In this document: piece after piece, positions 12,289 through 24,885 of the stretch
How the letters are laid out: every line of letters begins with the position of its first letter
Numbering within the stretch: the first letter of the stretch is position 1
The notes under the pieces: model-generated
The model's input: the letters and a program-made list of their open reading frames with translations, nothing else
Told to the model about the DNA's origin: nothing
Databases searched by the model: none
Program-made: the position numbers and the translations under genes
Source of the DNA: Candidatus Nanopelagicales bacterium
Lineage (GTDB): Bacteria; Actinomycetota; Actinomycetes; S36-B12
Assembly (NCBI GenBank): GCA_017857175.1
Contig: JAFMDS010000002.1
Span: forward strand, 58,704-122,703
Reading direction: 5' to 3'
Length of the DNA stretch: 64,000 nucleotides

Positions 12289-13203
12289 TCACTGGCCTTG
12301 GCCATAACCTTTGATCACGGTTCCGTACATTTCGTCAGGATCGAGCCGCTTGAGCTCCTCACTCAATAGGGTTGCAAGGTCGCGGCGCGGTAAATAAATA
12401 GAAGCGTCAGGTGTATCGGGACGCTTGAGAATTGCATTGATCCGGTCCGTTCGAGTGATGGAGAGTTCACCATCCGCGGTATCAAATGCAACGGACGATA
12501 TTCCTGGATTGCTGTCCCAGTCAATAGAAATGTCAACTGATAGTCGTTGCCTGAGCCACACTCGCAGTAGTGCAGCACTTGGATTTCCTGCCTCTGCAAT
12601 TATTCTTGCCTTCTTCACATCATTGACAGGTCGGTCAAAAGCGGATGCGATAATCGAACGCCACGGTGTTAGCCGAGACCACGCAAGATCCGTGTCTCCT
12701 GGTCGATAACTTCGAGACCTTTCGGTAAGTGCCGCTAGTGGGTCTTCACAGGTGACGGAGTCAGTGATTCGACGCTGGGCATGCTTGCCTATCGGGTCGT
12801 CGGCGGGTACGTGTGGAGCATTGGACGGCCAAAAGGCAACCACGGGTGTATCTGGCAAAAGCAGGGGAACCGCAACAGAATTGGCGTGAAGCGACAGCTC
12901 TCCGCGTAATCGCAGTACGGCCACCTCGCCCGGACCATCGTCGCCACCCACTGCTATTTCTGCATCCAATGTCGGGGCGGTACGTCCTGGTCGAGGTATC
13001 AGAGTCACGATCCGCATGGGATGTTCACGTGCGGCAGCAACAGCGGCTGATGTCGCATCAGATTGCAGTTCTTCGTCGGAGAGGATCAACATGGTGAGCA
13101 CCATTCCTGTGGTGGGTGATCCCTGGCGATGCCGTTCAGCGGCGATAGCTGCCACAACCGCGCTGCCGCTGGTGTCCTCAAGGCGAATCATGGTCTCCTC
13201 CAT
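12289..13203 (-). CDS. opcA: glucose-6-phosphate dehydrogenase assembly protein OpcA
   Basis: The 304-aa ORF lies immediately downstream of zwf with a 16-bp overlap. This is the conserved actinobacterial and cyanobacterial position, and the size is typical of OpcA. Confidence 0.82.
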   Translation of the reverse strand: MEETMIRLEDTSGSAVVAAIAAERHRQGSPTTGMVLTMLILSDEELQSDATSAAVAAAREHPMRIVTLIPRPGRTAPTLDAEIAVGGDDGPGEVAVLRLRGELSLHANSVAVPLLLPDTPVVAFWPSNAPHVPADDPIGKHAQRRITDSVTCEDPLAALTERSRSYRPGDTDLAWSRLTPWRSIIASAFDRPVNDVKKARIIAEAGNPSAALLRVWLRQRLSVDISIDWDSNPGISSVAFDTADGELSITRTDRINAILKRPDTPDASIYLPRRDLATLLSEELKRLDPDEMYGTVIKGYGQGQ

Positions 13204-14717
13204 GTTCTACCATCGATAGCGATCATGTCATAAGAACTGGAGGGACCCCAGCCTCCGGATGCGTACTGTTCAGGTACGCCATGGGAGCTCCAAAAGTCCA
13301 GAATGGGATCAAGTATTTTCCATCCAAGTTCCACTTCTTCATGGCGGGGAAAAAGTGGGGGATCACCGAGTAGAACGTCGAGTATCAGACGTTCGTAAGC
13401 CTCAGGGCTGGTATCCACGAATGAATCTCCATATTGAAAATCCATGGTGACATCGCGCACCTGTATAGGGCTCGTGTCAGGCACTTTGGAACTAAAGCGC
13501 ACTGTAATCCCCTCGTCGGGCTGTATTCTAAAGACGAGTACGTTGTTACTTAGTTCTTCAGTTGGCACCGCGGTGAACGGTAAATGAGGGGCCCTCTTGA
13601 AAATGACCGCAACCTCTGTGACTCTTCTGCCCAGTCGCTTGCCTGTTCGCAGGTAGAAGGGTACGCCTGCCCAACGCCGCGTCTCAACATTGAGGCGCAT
13701 GGCCGCAAAGGTTTCCGTTGGTGAATCTGCTGGTATTCCGGTCTCTTCGAGGAAACCAATGACGGGAATACCACCCTGCCAGCCCGCCGCGTATTGACCG
13801 CGTGATGTGTGTGCTCCAATATCCAGCGGAACTCTAACGGCCCTGAGCACCTTTTCTTTTTCGGCTCGGACATCATCCGCACTGAATGAGAGGGGCTCTT
13901 CCATGGCTGTTAATGCCAACAGTTGCAGCAGATGATTTTGAATTACATCGCGTGCTGCTCCAATTCCATCGTAGTAGCCAGCTCTCCCGCCGATACCTAT
14001 GTCTTCGGCCATAGTAATTTGCACATTGTCCACATAGTTGCTATTCCACAATGGTTCAAACATGGAGTTGGCGAAGCGGACAGCAAGGATGTTTTGTACC
14101 GTCTCTTTGCCCAGATAATGGTCAATGCGAAAGACGCTCCCAGGGGGGAACACGCGGTCGACGATTGTGTTGAGTTCTTGAGCGCTGCGAAGGTCATGGC
14201 CAAAAGGTTTTTCGATGACAACCCGCCGCCATGAGTTTTCGTTTCCACTGTAGGCAAGGCCAGAGGTTTGAAGGTTTTCCAAAACGGTGGGAAAGAGTCC
14301 TGGGGGAATGGACAGGTAAAATGCGTGATTGCCCTCTGTGCCCATCGTTGCATCTAGCTCTTTGACAACGGATGTGAGCCTGTCGTAGGCAGCAGGATCA
14401 GCGAGATCACCATCCACAAATCGAATGCCTGCTGCGAGTTGTTTCCAGGTATCCTCATTAAAAGGTGTTCGGGCATGTTCACGCACCGAATCGTGGACCT
14501 CTGCCGCAAAATCCTGATTCTCCCAATCTCGGCGGGCAAACCCAACTAACGCGAATCCGGGGGGAAGTAGGCCTCGATTGGCAAGGTCGTAAATTGCAGG
14601 CATGACCTTTTTGCGAGAAAGATCGCCGGTAACTCCAAAAAGAACTACGGCACACGGACCTGCGATGCGGGGTAGCCTTTGATCATCCTCAGATCTGAGT
14701 AGATTTACATACGGCAT
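13188..14717 (-). CDS. zwf: glucose-6-phosphate 1-dehydrogenase
   Basis: The NADP-binding motif FGVTGDLSRKK and the active-site motif RIDHYLGKE are present. The length is 509 aa. Confidence 0.96.
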   Translation of the reverse strand: MPYVNLLRSEDDQRLPRIAGPCAVVLFGVTGDLSRKKVMPAIYDLANRGLLPPGFALVGFARRDWENQDFAAEVHDSVREHARTPFNEDTWKQLAAGIRFVDGDLADPAAYDRLTSVVKELDATMGTEGNHAFYLSIPPGLFPTVLENLQTSGLAYSGNENSWRRVVIEKPFGHDLRSAQELNTIVDRVFPPGSVFRIDHYLGKETVQNILAVRFANSMFEPLWNSNYVDNVQITMAEDIGIGGRAGYYDGIGAARDVIQNHLLQLLALTAMEEPLSFSADDVRAEKEKVLRAVRVPLDIGAHTSRGQYAAGWQGGIPVIGFLEETGIPADSPTETFAAMRLNVETRRWAGVPFYLRTGKRLGRRVTEVAVIFKRAPHLPFTAVPTEELSNNVLVFRIQPDEGITVRFSSKVPDTSPIQVRDVTMDFQYGDSFVDTSPEAYERLILDVLLGDPPLFPRHEEVELGWKILDPILDFWSSHGVPEQYASGGWGPSSSYDMIAIDGRTWRRP

Positions 14718-15874
14718 TAAGTGGTACTTTCCGTTTCAATCCAGGCGGCCAACGCAAGGTTCACGGTTTCCAACAATTCGGACCAAGCTACGGCAAATTT
14801 GTCGACCCCTTCGGCTTCGAGGTTGTCGCAGACCTGTTTTTGATCAATACCGTGACCTGCAAGTTCTGCCCACACATTCGCAGAAGCAGCGGCCGTTCCT
14901 GAGACAGTGTCCCCGATAAACAGTCCGTGGTCGGCTACGGCGAGAAGTGTGCCTTCGGGCATGGTGTTCACGCAACCAGGTGCAACGAGATCGAGAACGT
15001 ATCGAGTGTCGGGATATGCAGGATCTTTGACACCTGTGGATGCCCAGAGTGGACGTTGGATCTTGGCCCCCGTCAGGGATTGCCATCTGGGTGATGCAAG
15101 ATGATCTAGATGCGCCTGCCAAGCAAGTCGAGCATTTGCGATCGCAGCCTGCCCGCGCAGTGTGAGTGCTGAAGGTGTGCCAATGCTGGTTAATTTGGCA
15201 TCTATATCGGTATCCACTCGGCTAACGAAGAACGAAGCAACGGACTCAATGGAAGAGATATCAATTCCATTCGTTACTGCTAACTCGAGACCTGACGTGT
15301 AGGCATCCATCACCTCTTTGTATCGATCCACGGAAAAAATCAATGTGACATTCACGCTGATTCCCAGCGCAATAACTTGAGTAATAGCGGGAAGTCCAGC
15401 CTTGGTGGCGGGAATTTTAATGAACAAATTTGGTCGGCCGACCAGTGCCCACAAATCCTCAGCCGCGGCGATAGTCCCTGCAGTATCGTGAGCAAGACGG
15501 GGATCAACTTCTATGGAAACTCTGCCGTCCACTCCCTTTGAAGATTGGTAAACGGGAGCGAGAATATCGCAGGCTGAACGCACGTCATCTGTGGTGATGA
15601 GTCGAATGGTCTCATCAGCACTAAGACCCTTCTCGGCGCATTGCTTTATTTGATTGGCATAGTCGCTGGATCCCTTTGCGATGGCACTGTGAAAGATTGA
15701 GGGGTTCGTCGTGACGCCTCGAACGAAGTACTTATTCATGTAATCAGCCAGATTGCCACTGATGATTCGGTGCCGACTGAGATCGTCTAACCAAATGCTG
15801 ACGCCCGATTCTGTGAGTTTCTCAAGTACATTGTCCATGATCATCTTTCGTGTGCTGTTAGGTGTTGCGGGCAA
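14717..15874 (-). CDS. tal: transaldolase (long actinobacterial type)
   Basis: The N-terminus [19 protein letters not shown] and the active-site region FIKIPAT are present. The functional start may be an internal ATG near 15844 or 15838, which would remove the overlap with tkt. Confidence 0.94.
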   Translation of the reverse strand: MPATPNSTRKMIMDNVLEKLTESGVSIWLDDLSRHRIISGNLADYMNKYFVRGVTTNPSIFHSAIAKGSSDYANQIKQCAEKGLSADETIRLITTDDVRSACDILAPVYQSSKGVDGRVSIEVDPRLAHDTAGTIAAAEDLWALVGRPNLFIKIPATKAGLPAITQVIALGISVNVTLIFSVDRYKEVMDAYTSGLELAVTNGIDISSIESVASFFVSRVDTDIDAKLTSIGTPSALTLRGQAAIANARLAWQAHLDHLASPRWQSLTGAKIQRPLWASTGVKDPAYPDTRYVLDLVAPGCVNTMPEGTLLAVADHGLFIGDTVSGTAAASANVWAELAGHGIDQKQVCDNLEAEGVDKFAVAWSELLETVNLALAAWIETESTT

Positions 15875-17930
15875 TCGTTTCTAAAGCAGCGTGAACTACG
15901 GCATCAGGCGTTAACTCGAATTGGTCAAAAAGTTCAGGCGCTGAGGCGCTAGCGCCGAAGTGATCGAGACCAACGACGCTGCCTTGTCGGCCGACAAAGG
16001 AGTACCAGCCGAAAGTTGCCCCAGCTTCGACGGCAACACGTGCTCCTATTGCCTCTGGTAGCACGGATTCTTTGTATCCAGCGCTCTGTTTATTAAACCA
16101 TTCGAGGCATGGCATTGACACCACGCGGCTGTCAACGCCCTGTGCTAGGAGCAATTCTCGAGCTGCGAGAGCTATTTGAACTTCCGATCCTGTAGCCATA
16201 AGAATGACTTTGGGCTGAGCATCGGAGACAAGAATATAAGCCCCCTTGGCAACGCCATTAAAGATTTCTGAGCGCGAAGGATGGTCCATGACTGGTAAAT
16301 CCTGTCGAGAAAGTATGAGTCCCGTTGGTTCCTTCTTAGCCAGAACATGTGACCATGCCGCTGCCGTTTCGTGAGCATCTGCTGGGCGAACCACATTGAG
16401 TCCTGGAATGGCTCGAAGGGACCACAGGTGTTCGACCGGCTGATGAGTAGGGCCATCTTCGCCTAAGCCGATTGAGTCATGTGTCCAGACATAAGTCACA
16501 GCTGTTTTCATTAGAGCGGAAAGGCGAACGGCGCCTCGCATGTAATCACTAAAGACCATGAAGGTTCCACCAAATGGTCGTGTCAAACCATCGAGTGCGA
16601 TGCCATTGAGGGCTGCGCCCATGGCGTGCTCTCTGATTCCGAAATGAATATTGCGGCCATAGGGTGATGATGTGTCAGAGAAATAGGGTAGAAAACTTGG
16701 AGAGTTATCAATCCAGGTGTTATTCGATTCGGCCAAATCAGCGGAGCCACCCCAGAGTTCGGGCATATGTTGTGCCAATGCGTTAATGCACAATCCGGAA
16801 GCTTTTCTCGTGGCCATTTTTGAATCATGGGCAAAATTAGGAAGGTGTGCCTCTAAGTTTTCTGGAAGTTCACCAGAAAGGAGCCTCGATAGAAGTGCCG
16901 CAGCATTAGGGTCGCCATCACGCCATTGCGAAAACTCACGGTCCCATTGGGAGCGCATTTTCTGTACTTGATGGTCAAGGTTTGAGCGCACGTTTTGTAG
17001 TAACTCGTCATCGAAATCGAAATCCTTGGCAGGATCGAGTCCCAACTCCCGCTTGGTTGCAGCAACCTCCTCTGCACCGAGTGCCGAGCCGTGGGACTTG
17101 GCGGTGCCGCGTGCATTGGGTGCAGGCCAAGCGATGACGGTGCGCAAACGAATAAAACTCGGCTTTTCCAGCGTATTGGCACTGGCAATGAGGGCGGCAA
17201 ACAACGCAGGGATGTCAGTGTCACCATTGGGCGACACGTCAACTTCATGTACATCCCAGCCGTATGCCCGATACCGTGCCACAACATCCTCTGTGAAGGC
17301 CACGGATGTATCACCTTCGATGGAGATTCTGTTGTCGTCCCAGATCACATTCAGGTGCCCCAAGGCCTGAGTACCGGCCAGAGAAGACGCTTCTGAGGAA
17401 ATACCCTCTTCTAGATCACCATCTGAGGCGATTACCCACACTCGATGTTCGAATGGCGCGCCAGGAAATAGCCCTTGTTCAAACCGCTCTGACATGGCCA
17501 TTCCAACCGCAGTCGCAATTCCCTGACCCAAAGGACCGGTAGTTGTCTCTACTCCTGCGGTGTGACCATATTCAGGGTGTCCCGGAGTAAGACTTCCCAG
17601 CGTTCGAAAGGACTTGAGGTCATCAAGTGATAGACCATAACCGCTGAGGAATAGTTGCGTGTAGAGCGTCATGCTTGAGTGACCGGCAGAGAGCACAAAT
17701 CGATCTCTGCCCAACCACCTAGGTTCGGATGGATCATGGCGCATGACCTTGTGAAAGAGCAGATATGCCAATGGAGCAAGGCTCATTGCGGTACCAGGGT
17801 GTCCATTGCCCACTTTCTGGACAGCATCCATGGCAAGAGCTCGGGCGTGAGTCAACGCCCTGTGGTCAGTCTCGGTCCAAACGAGGTCTGCGGACAGTGG
17901 GGCAGGGTGCTTCACAACCATCTCTGACAT
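15858..17930 (-). CDS. tkt: transketolase
   Basis: The 690-aa protein has GHPG and the ThDP motif GDGDLEEG. HQPVEHL is also present, and the domain order is typical. Confidence 0.97.
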   Translation of the reverse strand: MSEMVVKHPAPLSADLVWTETDHRALTHARALAMDAVQKVGNGHPGTAMSLAPLAYLLFHKVMRHDPSEPRWLGRDRFVLSAGHSSMTLYTQLFLSGYGLSLDDLKSFRTLGSLTPGHPEYGHTAGVETTTGPLGQGIATAVGMAMSERFEQGLFPGAPFEHRVWVIASDGDLEEGISSEASSLAGTQALGHLNVIWDDNRISIEGDTSVAFTEDVVARYRAYGWDVHEVDVSPNGDTDIPALFAALIASANTLEKPSFIRLRTVIAWPAPNARGTAKSHGSALGAEEVAATKRELGLDPAKDFDFDDELLQNVRSNLDHQVQKMRSQWDREFSQWRDGDPNAAALLSRLLSGELPENLEAHLPNFAHDSKMATRKASGLCINALAQHMPELWGGSADLAESNNTWIDNSPSFLPYFSDTSSPYGRNIHFGIREHAMGAALNGIALDGLTRPFGGTFMVFSDYMRGAVRLSALMKTAVTYVWTHDSIGLGEDGPTHQPVEHLWSLRAIPGLNVVRPADAHETAAAWSHVLAKKEPTGLILSRQDLPVMDHPSRSEIFNGVAKGAYILVSDAQPKVILMATGSEVQIALAARELLLAQGVDSRVVSMPCLEWFNKQSAGYKESVLPEAIGARVAVEAGATFGWYSFVGRQGSVVGLDHFGASASAPELFDQFELTPDAVVHAALETIARNT

Positions 17931-18003
17931 TGCTCCAGTCTATTGCTGGGACCGTGGGCACGTGCCTGAGGCGCGAAAGGTTACAGCACGGTAAGTTGGC
18001 TTA

Positions 18004-18918
18004 ATGGGCACAGCGACTTTTCAGACGTTGAAGGAGCGTGCTGCAGTACATTTTTGGATTACCAAACCAAGAATTGTTGAACTCCTACTTGCAACAGCTG
18101 TCCCAACCTTGTTTCTTGCCTCAGGAGGCATGCCGCCCTTAATGCCAACCATTGCTGTTTTGGTTGGTGGTACGGCTGCAGCTGCCAGTGCAAATACTTT
18201 TAATAGTGTTTATGACAGAGATATTGATGCCCAGATGCACAGAACTGGATCGCGCCCAGTTGCTGCGGGAATGGTAAGCGTTCGGGCCGGCCTAATTCAA
18301 GCGTTCATTCTGGGAATAGTCAGTGTTCTGACATTAGGTTTACTTACAAATTGGTTAGCCGCTTTCCTCGGGTTCTTAGCAATTGTGATGTACGCGGTTG
18401 GTTACACCATCCTGCTAAAGCGCAACACTCCACAAAATATTGTCTGGGGTGGTGCTGCAGGATGCATGCCAGTTCTCATTGCCTGGGGTGCGGTCACAGG
18501 TTCGCTTAACGCAACGGCAGGAGTACTCTTCCTGGTGGTTTTTTTCTGGACGCCAGCGCATTATTGGCCTCTCGCTATTCGTTATCGTGAGGATTACGCA
18601 AGGGTTGGAGTCCCCATGCTGCCTGTTGTGGCTCCACCCATCCGGGTTACCAGAAATATTGTGATTTATGCGGTTGCCATGGTCGTGTTCTCCCTAATCC
18701 TCATTCCAGTTGCACCGATGGGCTGGCTCTACGCCATCGCGGCTGTCCTTCTTGGCGCCTGGTTCACTGGCTCCGCGATGAAGTTATGGCTACTGGTTCG
18801 ACGGGGCACCGATGATTACGTCGACTTGGAAAAGCCAGCAATGAGAGTTTTCCACGGATCCATCACGTACCTTGCCCTGCTGTTCTTGTTTATTGGGCTC
18901 AGCCCGTTCATTGGATAA
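18004..18918 (+). CDS. ctaB: protoheme IX farnesyltransferase (heme O synthase)
   Basis: This is a polytopic UbiA-family membrane protein with the Asp-rich motif NSVYDRDIDAQMHRT. It is divergent from tkt, the same arrangement I recall in M. tuberculosis. Confidence 0.92.
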   Translation: MGTATFQTLKERAAVHFWITKPRIVELLLATAVPTLFLASGGMPPLMPTIAVLVGGTAAAASANTFNSVYDRDIDAQMHRTGSRPVAAGMVSVRAGLIQAFILGIVSVLTLGLLTNWLAAFLGFLAIVMYAVGYTILLKRNTPQNIVWGGAAGCMPVLIAWGAVTGSLNATAGVLFLVVFFWTPAHYWPLAIRYREDYARVGVPMLPVVAPPIRVTRNIVIYAVAMVVFSLILIPVAPMGWLYAIAAVLLGAWFTGSAMKLWLLVRRGTDDYVDLEKPAMRVFHGSITYLALLFLFIGLSPFIG

Positions 18919-18930
18919 CAGGCTTCAGAA

Positions 18931-19860
18931 TTAGTTTGATGTAACACTCTCGCGCAAAATCCCACGAGTGCGCATGGAAAATGGGATAAACAACACGGCT
19001 ATCCAGGTAAGAACCGCACCCAATACATGCACGGCAACGAGTGCCTCCGGCAAGCCCAGGAAGTACTGCGTGTAACCAACGCTTGCCTGCACGAGCGCGA
19101 CGGCGAGAAGCACCAGCGTTCGCCTGCGCATCCGCCCCGTGCTTTTGAAAAGAAATAAGGCTATGAGAAGCCCGATGAGTAGACCGACGAACAGGAAAAC
19201 CGCGTCGGCGTGAATCCAAGAAACGGTGCGCGGGTCAAAACTGAAGCGTGACTCAGTCTCAGCATCTCCACTGTGTGGGCCACTGCCAGTAACGATAACT
19301 CCGAGGATCACAACTACACCCGTAACGACGACAAGTATCCAGGTGAGAATCCGAACAGCAGCTGGTGCCAGGTACAGGATGGGCGAGTCGTCAGGATCGG
19401 CACTTTTGGCAACGAGGGCGACGGCGGCGGCCACGAGCGCCATGGACACCAGGAAGTGCGCCGACACGATGGCAGGGTGTAACCCAGTTAAGACCGTTAT
19501 TCCCCCCAATACAGCTTGCGCCGCGGTTCCGAGGAGTGGAACAACCGCTAGTAATAGCAATAACTTTCTTTGGGGCAGTCCTTGGCTTTTGCGCCTTAAC
19601 GCATAATTGATCATCGCAATTAACGTAGCGATCGCGACGATGGCCACTACAAACGTGAGGAGGCGATTACCAAACTCAATGTACTTGTGAAACGCTTCTT
19701 CTTGGCGCTGCGTCGGCGTATAGGAACCTTCAACGCACTGAGGCCAGGTAGGACAACCGAGGCCGGAACCCGTGAGACGTACAACAGAGCCTGTGACAAT
19801 AATTCCAGATTGCACCACAAGGTTGGCGATATAGATCATCCGCGCCTTAGTCATCGCCAT
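18931..19860 (-). CDS. ctaA: heme A synthase (COX15/CtaA family)
   Basis: The 309-aa protein is polytopic. The extracytoplasmic loop carries a Cys pair (GLGCPTWPQC), and conserved His residues lie in helices (HKYIEFGNR, HFLVSM, HVLGAV). It is convergent with ctaB. Confidence 0.85.
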   Translation of the reverse strand: MAMTKARMIYIANLVVQSGIIVTGSVVRLTGSGLGCPTWPQCVEGSYTPTQRQEEAFHKYIEFGNRLLTFVVAIVAIATLIAMINYALRRKSQGLPQRKLLLLLAVVPLLGTAAQAVLGGITVLTGLHPAIVSAHFLVSMALVAAAVALVAKSADPDDSPILYLAPAAVRILTWILVVVTGVVVILGVIVTGSGPHSGDAETESRFSFDPRTVSWIHADAVFLFVGLLIGLLIALFLFKSTGRMRRRTLVLLAVALVQASVGYTQYFLGLPEALVAVHVLGAVLTWIAVLFIPFSMRTRGILRESVTSN

Positions 19861-19869
19861 AAAAACACC

Positions 19870-20607
19870 TTATCGCCACTTGAAAAATTTGCTCGCGAGG
19901 AGAATTCCCAGAATGCCCCATGAAATCAGAACCATTGCACTGAGCCACACGGGAGAGTCGGTCGGACTAGCAACATCCACCGCCCACTCATTGAGAATTA
20001 GCAATGCTCGCGGTGGGAACAGTGAGGCAAGCGTTGCACCAAATCCATCGTATTGAAATATGACTCCGCCAAACATGAGTACCACCACAAAAATACCGTT
20101 TGCCAATGCCAAGACGGCTTCCGCACGAAGGGTGCCAGCCATGAGGAAGGCGTACCCCGAGACGCTGAGCGTGCCCACTAGTAGAACTCCAATGAGTAGG
20201 AGTGCCTTGCTGGTCGGCTGCCAGCCGGTGATTAGCGCTACAACACAAAGCGCGAAGGAAGACACCAAGGCTAGAAGGAATGTAGAGAGACTTTTTCCAA
20301 GGACAAGTTCGAATCGGGTAACGGGTGTCGTGCCCATGTACAAGAGTGTGCCGCTGCGTCGTTCAAATGCAGTTGCGATCGCAAGTGACGTAAACCCCGC
20401 AGCAAGCGTTGCGATCGTGACCGCCACAGACAATGCGTTTTGGGCATTCCATGAAGCACCGCCTATAAAACTTGTTCGTGTTAGCGCAAAGTAGACGATG
20501 ACAGGAATTATTACGAGAAGCAAAATCTGCTCGCCATTGCGCGCGTTGAGCTTGAATTCCCACAGTGCATGTTTCAATGCAAAGCTGGTTGAAGTTTTCA
20601 CATTCAT
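19870..20607 (-). CDS. ABC-2 type transporter permease
   Basis: The 245-aa protein has about six hydrophobic helices. A 4-bp overlap couples it to the upstream ATPase gene. Confidence 0.75.
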   Translation of the reverse strand: MNVKTSTSFALKHALWEFKLNARNGEQILLLVIIPVIVYFALTRTSFIGGASWNAQNALSVAVTIATLAAGFTSLAIATAFERRSGTLLYMGTTPVTRFELVLGKSLSTFLLALVSSFALCVVALITGWQPTSKALLLIGVLLVGTLSVSGYAFLMAGTLRAEAVLALANGIFVVVLMFGGVIFQYDGFGATLASLFPPRALLILNEWAVDVASPTDSPVWLSAMVLISWGILGILLASKFFKWR

Positions 20608-21548
20608 GAAATCTGGCTCGAATCCTTGCTGAGCTTTGACAGCACCACACTTGAGAGTGTTTCGACTCCAACACTTAGATTCTCAGGTTGAGTGCCATTT
20701 TGAGCGCACCACGCTTCGACCGTGGCTATTACTTCCGAGCCAATGTGCGACTGTGCCGTGATCAAGTAATGGCCTTTGACAGTTTCACGTGCCGTTGATT
20801 CGAGGGGGAGTGCGGAGAGCAATTGTGCAGTTGGCAGATTAGTGCGGCACTTAAAGGTAAGCGCTTCCGTTGAGGCCAGAGATTTCTTAGAAACATCCGC
20901 GGTGAGATTTCCTTGAGTGAGGACAAGGGCTCTGTCCGCCAATTGGTCAATGTCTTCGGTCAAATGTGTGGTGATGAGCATGACGACTCCGTGGAGTGCC
21001 TGCTCTCTCAGGATGCCATAGAGATCCGCTCGTCCACCGGGATCTAGACCTGCCGTGGGTTCATCAAGAAAAACTACTTTCGGGGCGCCAACAAGGGCCG
21101 CAGCGCAATTGAGCCGCTGAACTTCACCGCCTGAAAGGGTTTTGATCGACTTGGTATCGGGGATCTGGAAGATATCCATCAGCTCGTTTGCTCCGCGTGC
21201 AGTGGGATAGAGCCTGCCCAGGTAGGCGAGGAACTCGCGCGGCTTCGCCGTCGGGTAGGGCGTCACACCTTGCAGAACAGACCCTGTTTGTAACGCCAAT
21301 TGTGCCCGGTGACGAAAGGTATCCAGTCCGAGAATCCGGACCGAGCCTGATTGCGGGTTTCGAAGACCCTGTAAGGACTCCATGAGCGTGGTCTTACCTG
21401 CCCCATTGTTCCCTGCCAGCACTGTAACGCCAGATCCAAGGGAAAAGGAGATGTCAAAAATTCCCTGTCCTGAGCCGTAATCCAGGGTGATTGCACAAGC
21501 CTCAACGATCCGATCGTCTCGATCTTCGTGTGAGGTCGGGGTGAGCAC
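20604..21548 (-). CDS. ABC transporter ATP-binding protein, partner of the ABC-2 permease
   Basis: Walker A (GNNGAGKTT), the ABC signature (LSGGEVQRL) and Walker B (VVFLDEPTAGLD) are all present. Confidence 0.9.
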   Translation of the reverse strand: MLTPTSHEDRDDRIVEACAITLDYGSGQGIFDISFSLGSGVTVLAGNNGAGKTTLMESLQGLRNPQSGSVRILGLDTFRHRAQLALQTGSVLQGVTPYPTAKPREFLAYLGRLYPTARGANELMDIFQIPDTKSIKTLSGGEVQRLNCAAALVGAPKVVFLDEPTAGLDPGGRADLYGILREQALHGVVMLITTHLTEDIDQLADRALVLTQGNLTADVSKKSLASTEALTFKCRTNLPTAQLLSALPLESTARETVKGHYLITAQSHIGSEVIATVEAWCAQNGTQPENLSVGVETLSSVVLSKLSKDSSQIS

Positions 21549-21641
21549 ATGGAGATCCTATGTGTACCGGAAACTTGGTGTGTCCTCACCATTTTTACCC
21601 CCCCAGGTTGCATCCCACATGAATTACGCAACAATGGGGTT

Positions 21642-22333
21642 GTGAAATTCCCGGGTGAGGCTGCTGAGCGTGTAGCGCGAGTGCTACTCGAGCGCGGTGC
21701 TGCGACTGTTGCGGAATTGGCTGAGCACCTTGGTCTGAGCGCTCAAGCTGTGCGCCGAACACTGGGAACGCTCGAAAGCGTCGGGTTCGTGGCAGCACAC
21801 GAGCGTGCGCCTTTTGGACCCAGCCCAACCAAACGTAGAGGGCGCCCAAGCTTGACCTATGCCTTAACGCCATCAGGTCGAAGCGCCTGTGACCAGGCAT
21901 ATGACGACTTGGCGCTTGAGACACTAAATTTTATTGAGTCAAATTTTGGCCGAGAAGCGATCCGGACATTTGCAGAGGAACGAGCGCGGCGCATGTTTAG
22001 CGGAAAAAGTATTCCCGCGCTGGTTGCAGAGTTGAATATTGCTGGTTATGCCGCAACATTCGAGGCAGCGGGTAATTCGGGGCAACTGTGCCAACATCAC
22101 TGTCCGGTGGTGGATGCTGCAAAGGCATACCCAGAATTGTGTGAAGAAGAAGCGAATGCACTCGGTGAGTCACTCGGTGCCCACGTAACGCGGTTGGCAA
22201 CACTCGCGCAGGGGGATGGAATTTGCACAACTTTGATCCCCACTTTAAACATTCAGTTTGACCATGACACGCAAAGGCAAGTTCGGGCAAGTAACCAAAG
22301 AGATGCAACCTACAAAGAAAAAGAGGTATCGGC

Positions 22334-22337
<4 letters not shown>
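21642..22337 (+). CDS. sufR: ArsR-type HTH transcriptional regulator, SufR-like
   Basis: A winged-helix N-terminus ([19 protein letters not shown]) precedes a C-terminal Cys cluster ([15 protein letters not shown]). It lies directly upstream of sufBDCSU. The ORF track starts at 21549, abutting the divergent ABC gene. The in-frame GTG at 21642 is more plausible. Confidence 0.8.
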
Positions 22338-23763
<1,426 letters not shown>

Positions 23764-23767
<4 letters not shown>

Positions 23768-24885
23768 GTTCAGTCGCAGCTCCGCCGGCAACAGATCTTG
23801 CTCCGCGGATTTATTCACGCAATGTTGATGACTTTGCAATTCCGTTAGGTCGTGAAGAAGAGTGGCGATTCACACCTATTTCTAAGATCAAAGATTTTTT
23901 TGATGTTCAGGACTGGGCCTCTATTGGATGTGAAACGGGCTCTCCGTTTGTCGAGATAGTGTCGATCGATGATCCTCGTTTGAATGATTCGTGGCTACCC
24001 ACCGACCGAGCTAGTGCCGTCGCACGTGAGGGTGCGAGTCAAGCGGTGTTGGTATCGATCCCGACCGAAACCGAAGTGGCAGAACCTATAGTCCTTCAAC
24101 TGACATCAACAATGCTTAACAACTATGCACACATTGAGGTCCAGACAGGTGCTTTCGCGCGTGCGCAGGTTGTTATTGTCCACGACTCCAACGTGAATGT
24201 GAGCGGTTCGATCGTTGCACAGTTGGGCGATCAATCGCAGTTGACTCTGTTATCGGTCATTGATGCAGAGGAGCCTGTCCGTCAGCACTGGCATTGGGCT
24301 TCTCAATTGGGACGGGACGCCGAATTTTTAGGACTGTCAGTGTCACTCGGAGGTGGGATCATTCGAACGGTTCCTCACATCACTTACACCGCTCCGGGGG
24401 GTTCGGCACAGATGCTGGGAGCGTTCCTCCTTACCGGCCAGCAGTTTCAAGAGCACCGAATTCTGGTAGACCACTCTGAACCTAATTGCACGAGCAATGT
24501 TGTGTACAAGGGAGCTCTCAGCGGTGAAGGTGCGCATTCGGTGTGGGTTGGTGACGTCCTCGTTCGTAGAGAGGCCACCGGAATTGAAACCTATGAGCTC
24601 AATCGCAACCTTCTCTTGGATGAAGGCCCTCGTGCCGATTCGGTTCCAAACCTTGAACTTGAGACGGGCGACGTCTTGAGTGCTGGTCACGCAAGTGCCA
24701 CGGGTAGGTTCGATGACGAGCAACTGTTCTATTTGCAATCTCGGGGTATTCCTGAGTCGGTGGCACGCCATCTCGTGGTGCGGGGTTTCTTCGTGGATGT
24801 TTTGGCCAAGGTCAACGATGAAGTACTTCGAAACAATCTTATGAAGCGGATCGAGGCGCGTTTGGGCATGGTCGATCATGCCTAA
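23764..24885 (+). CDS. sufD: Fe-S cluster assembly protein SufD
   Basis: This is a paralogue of SufB with the C-terminal motif [22 protein letters not shown] 4-bp overlap joins it to sufB. Confidence 0.9.
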
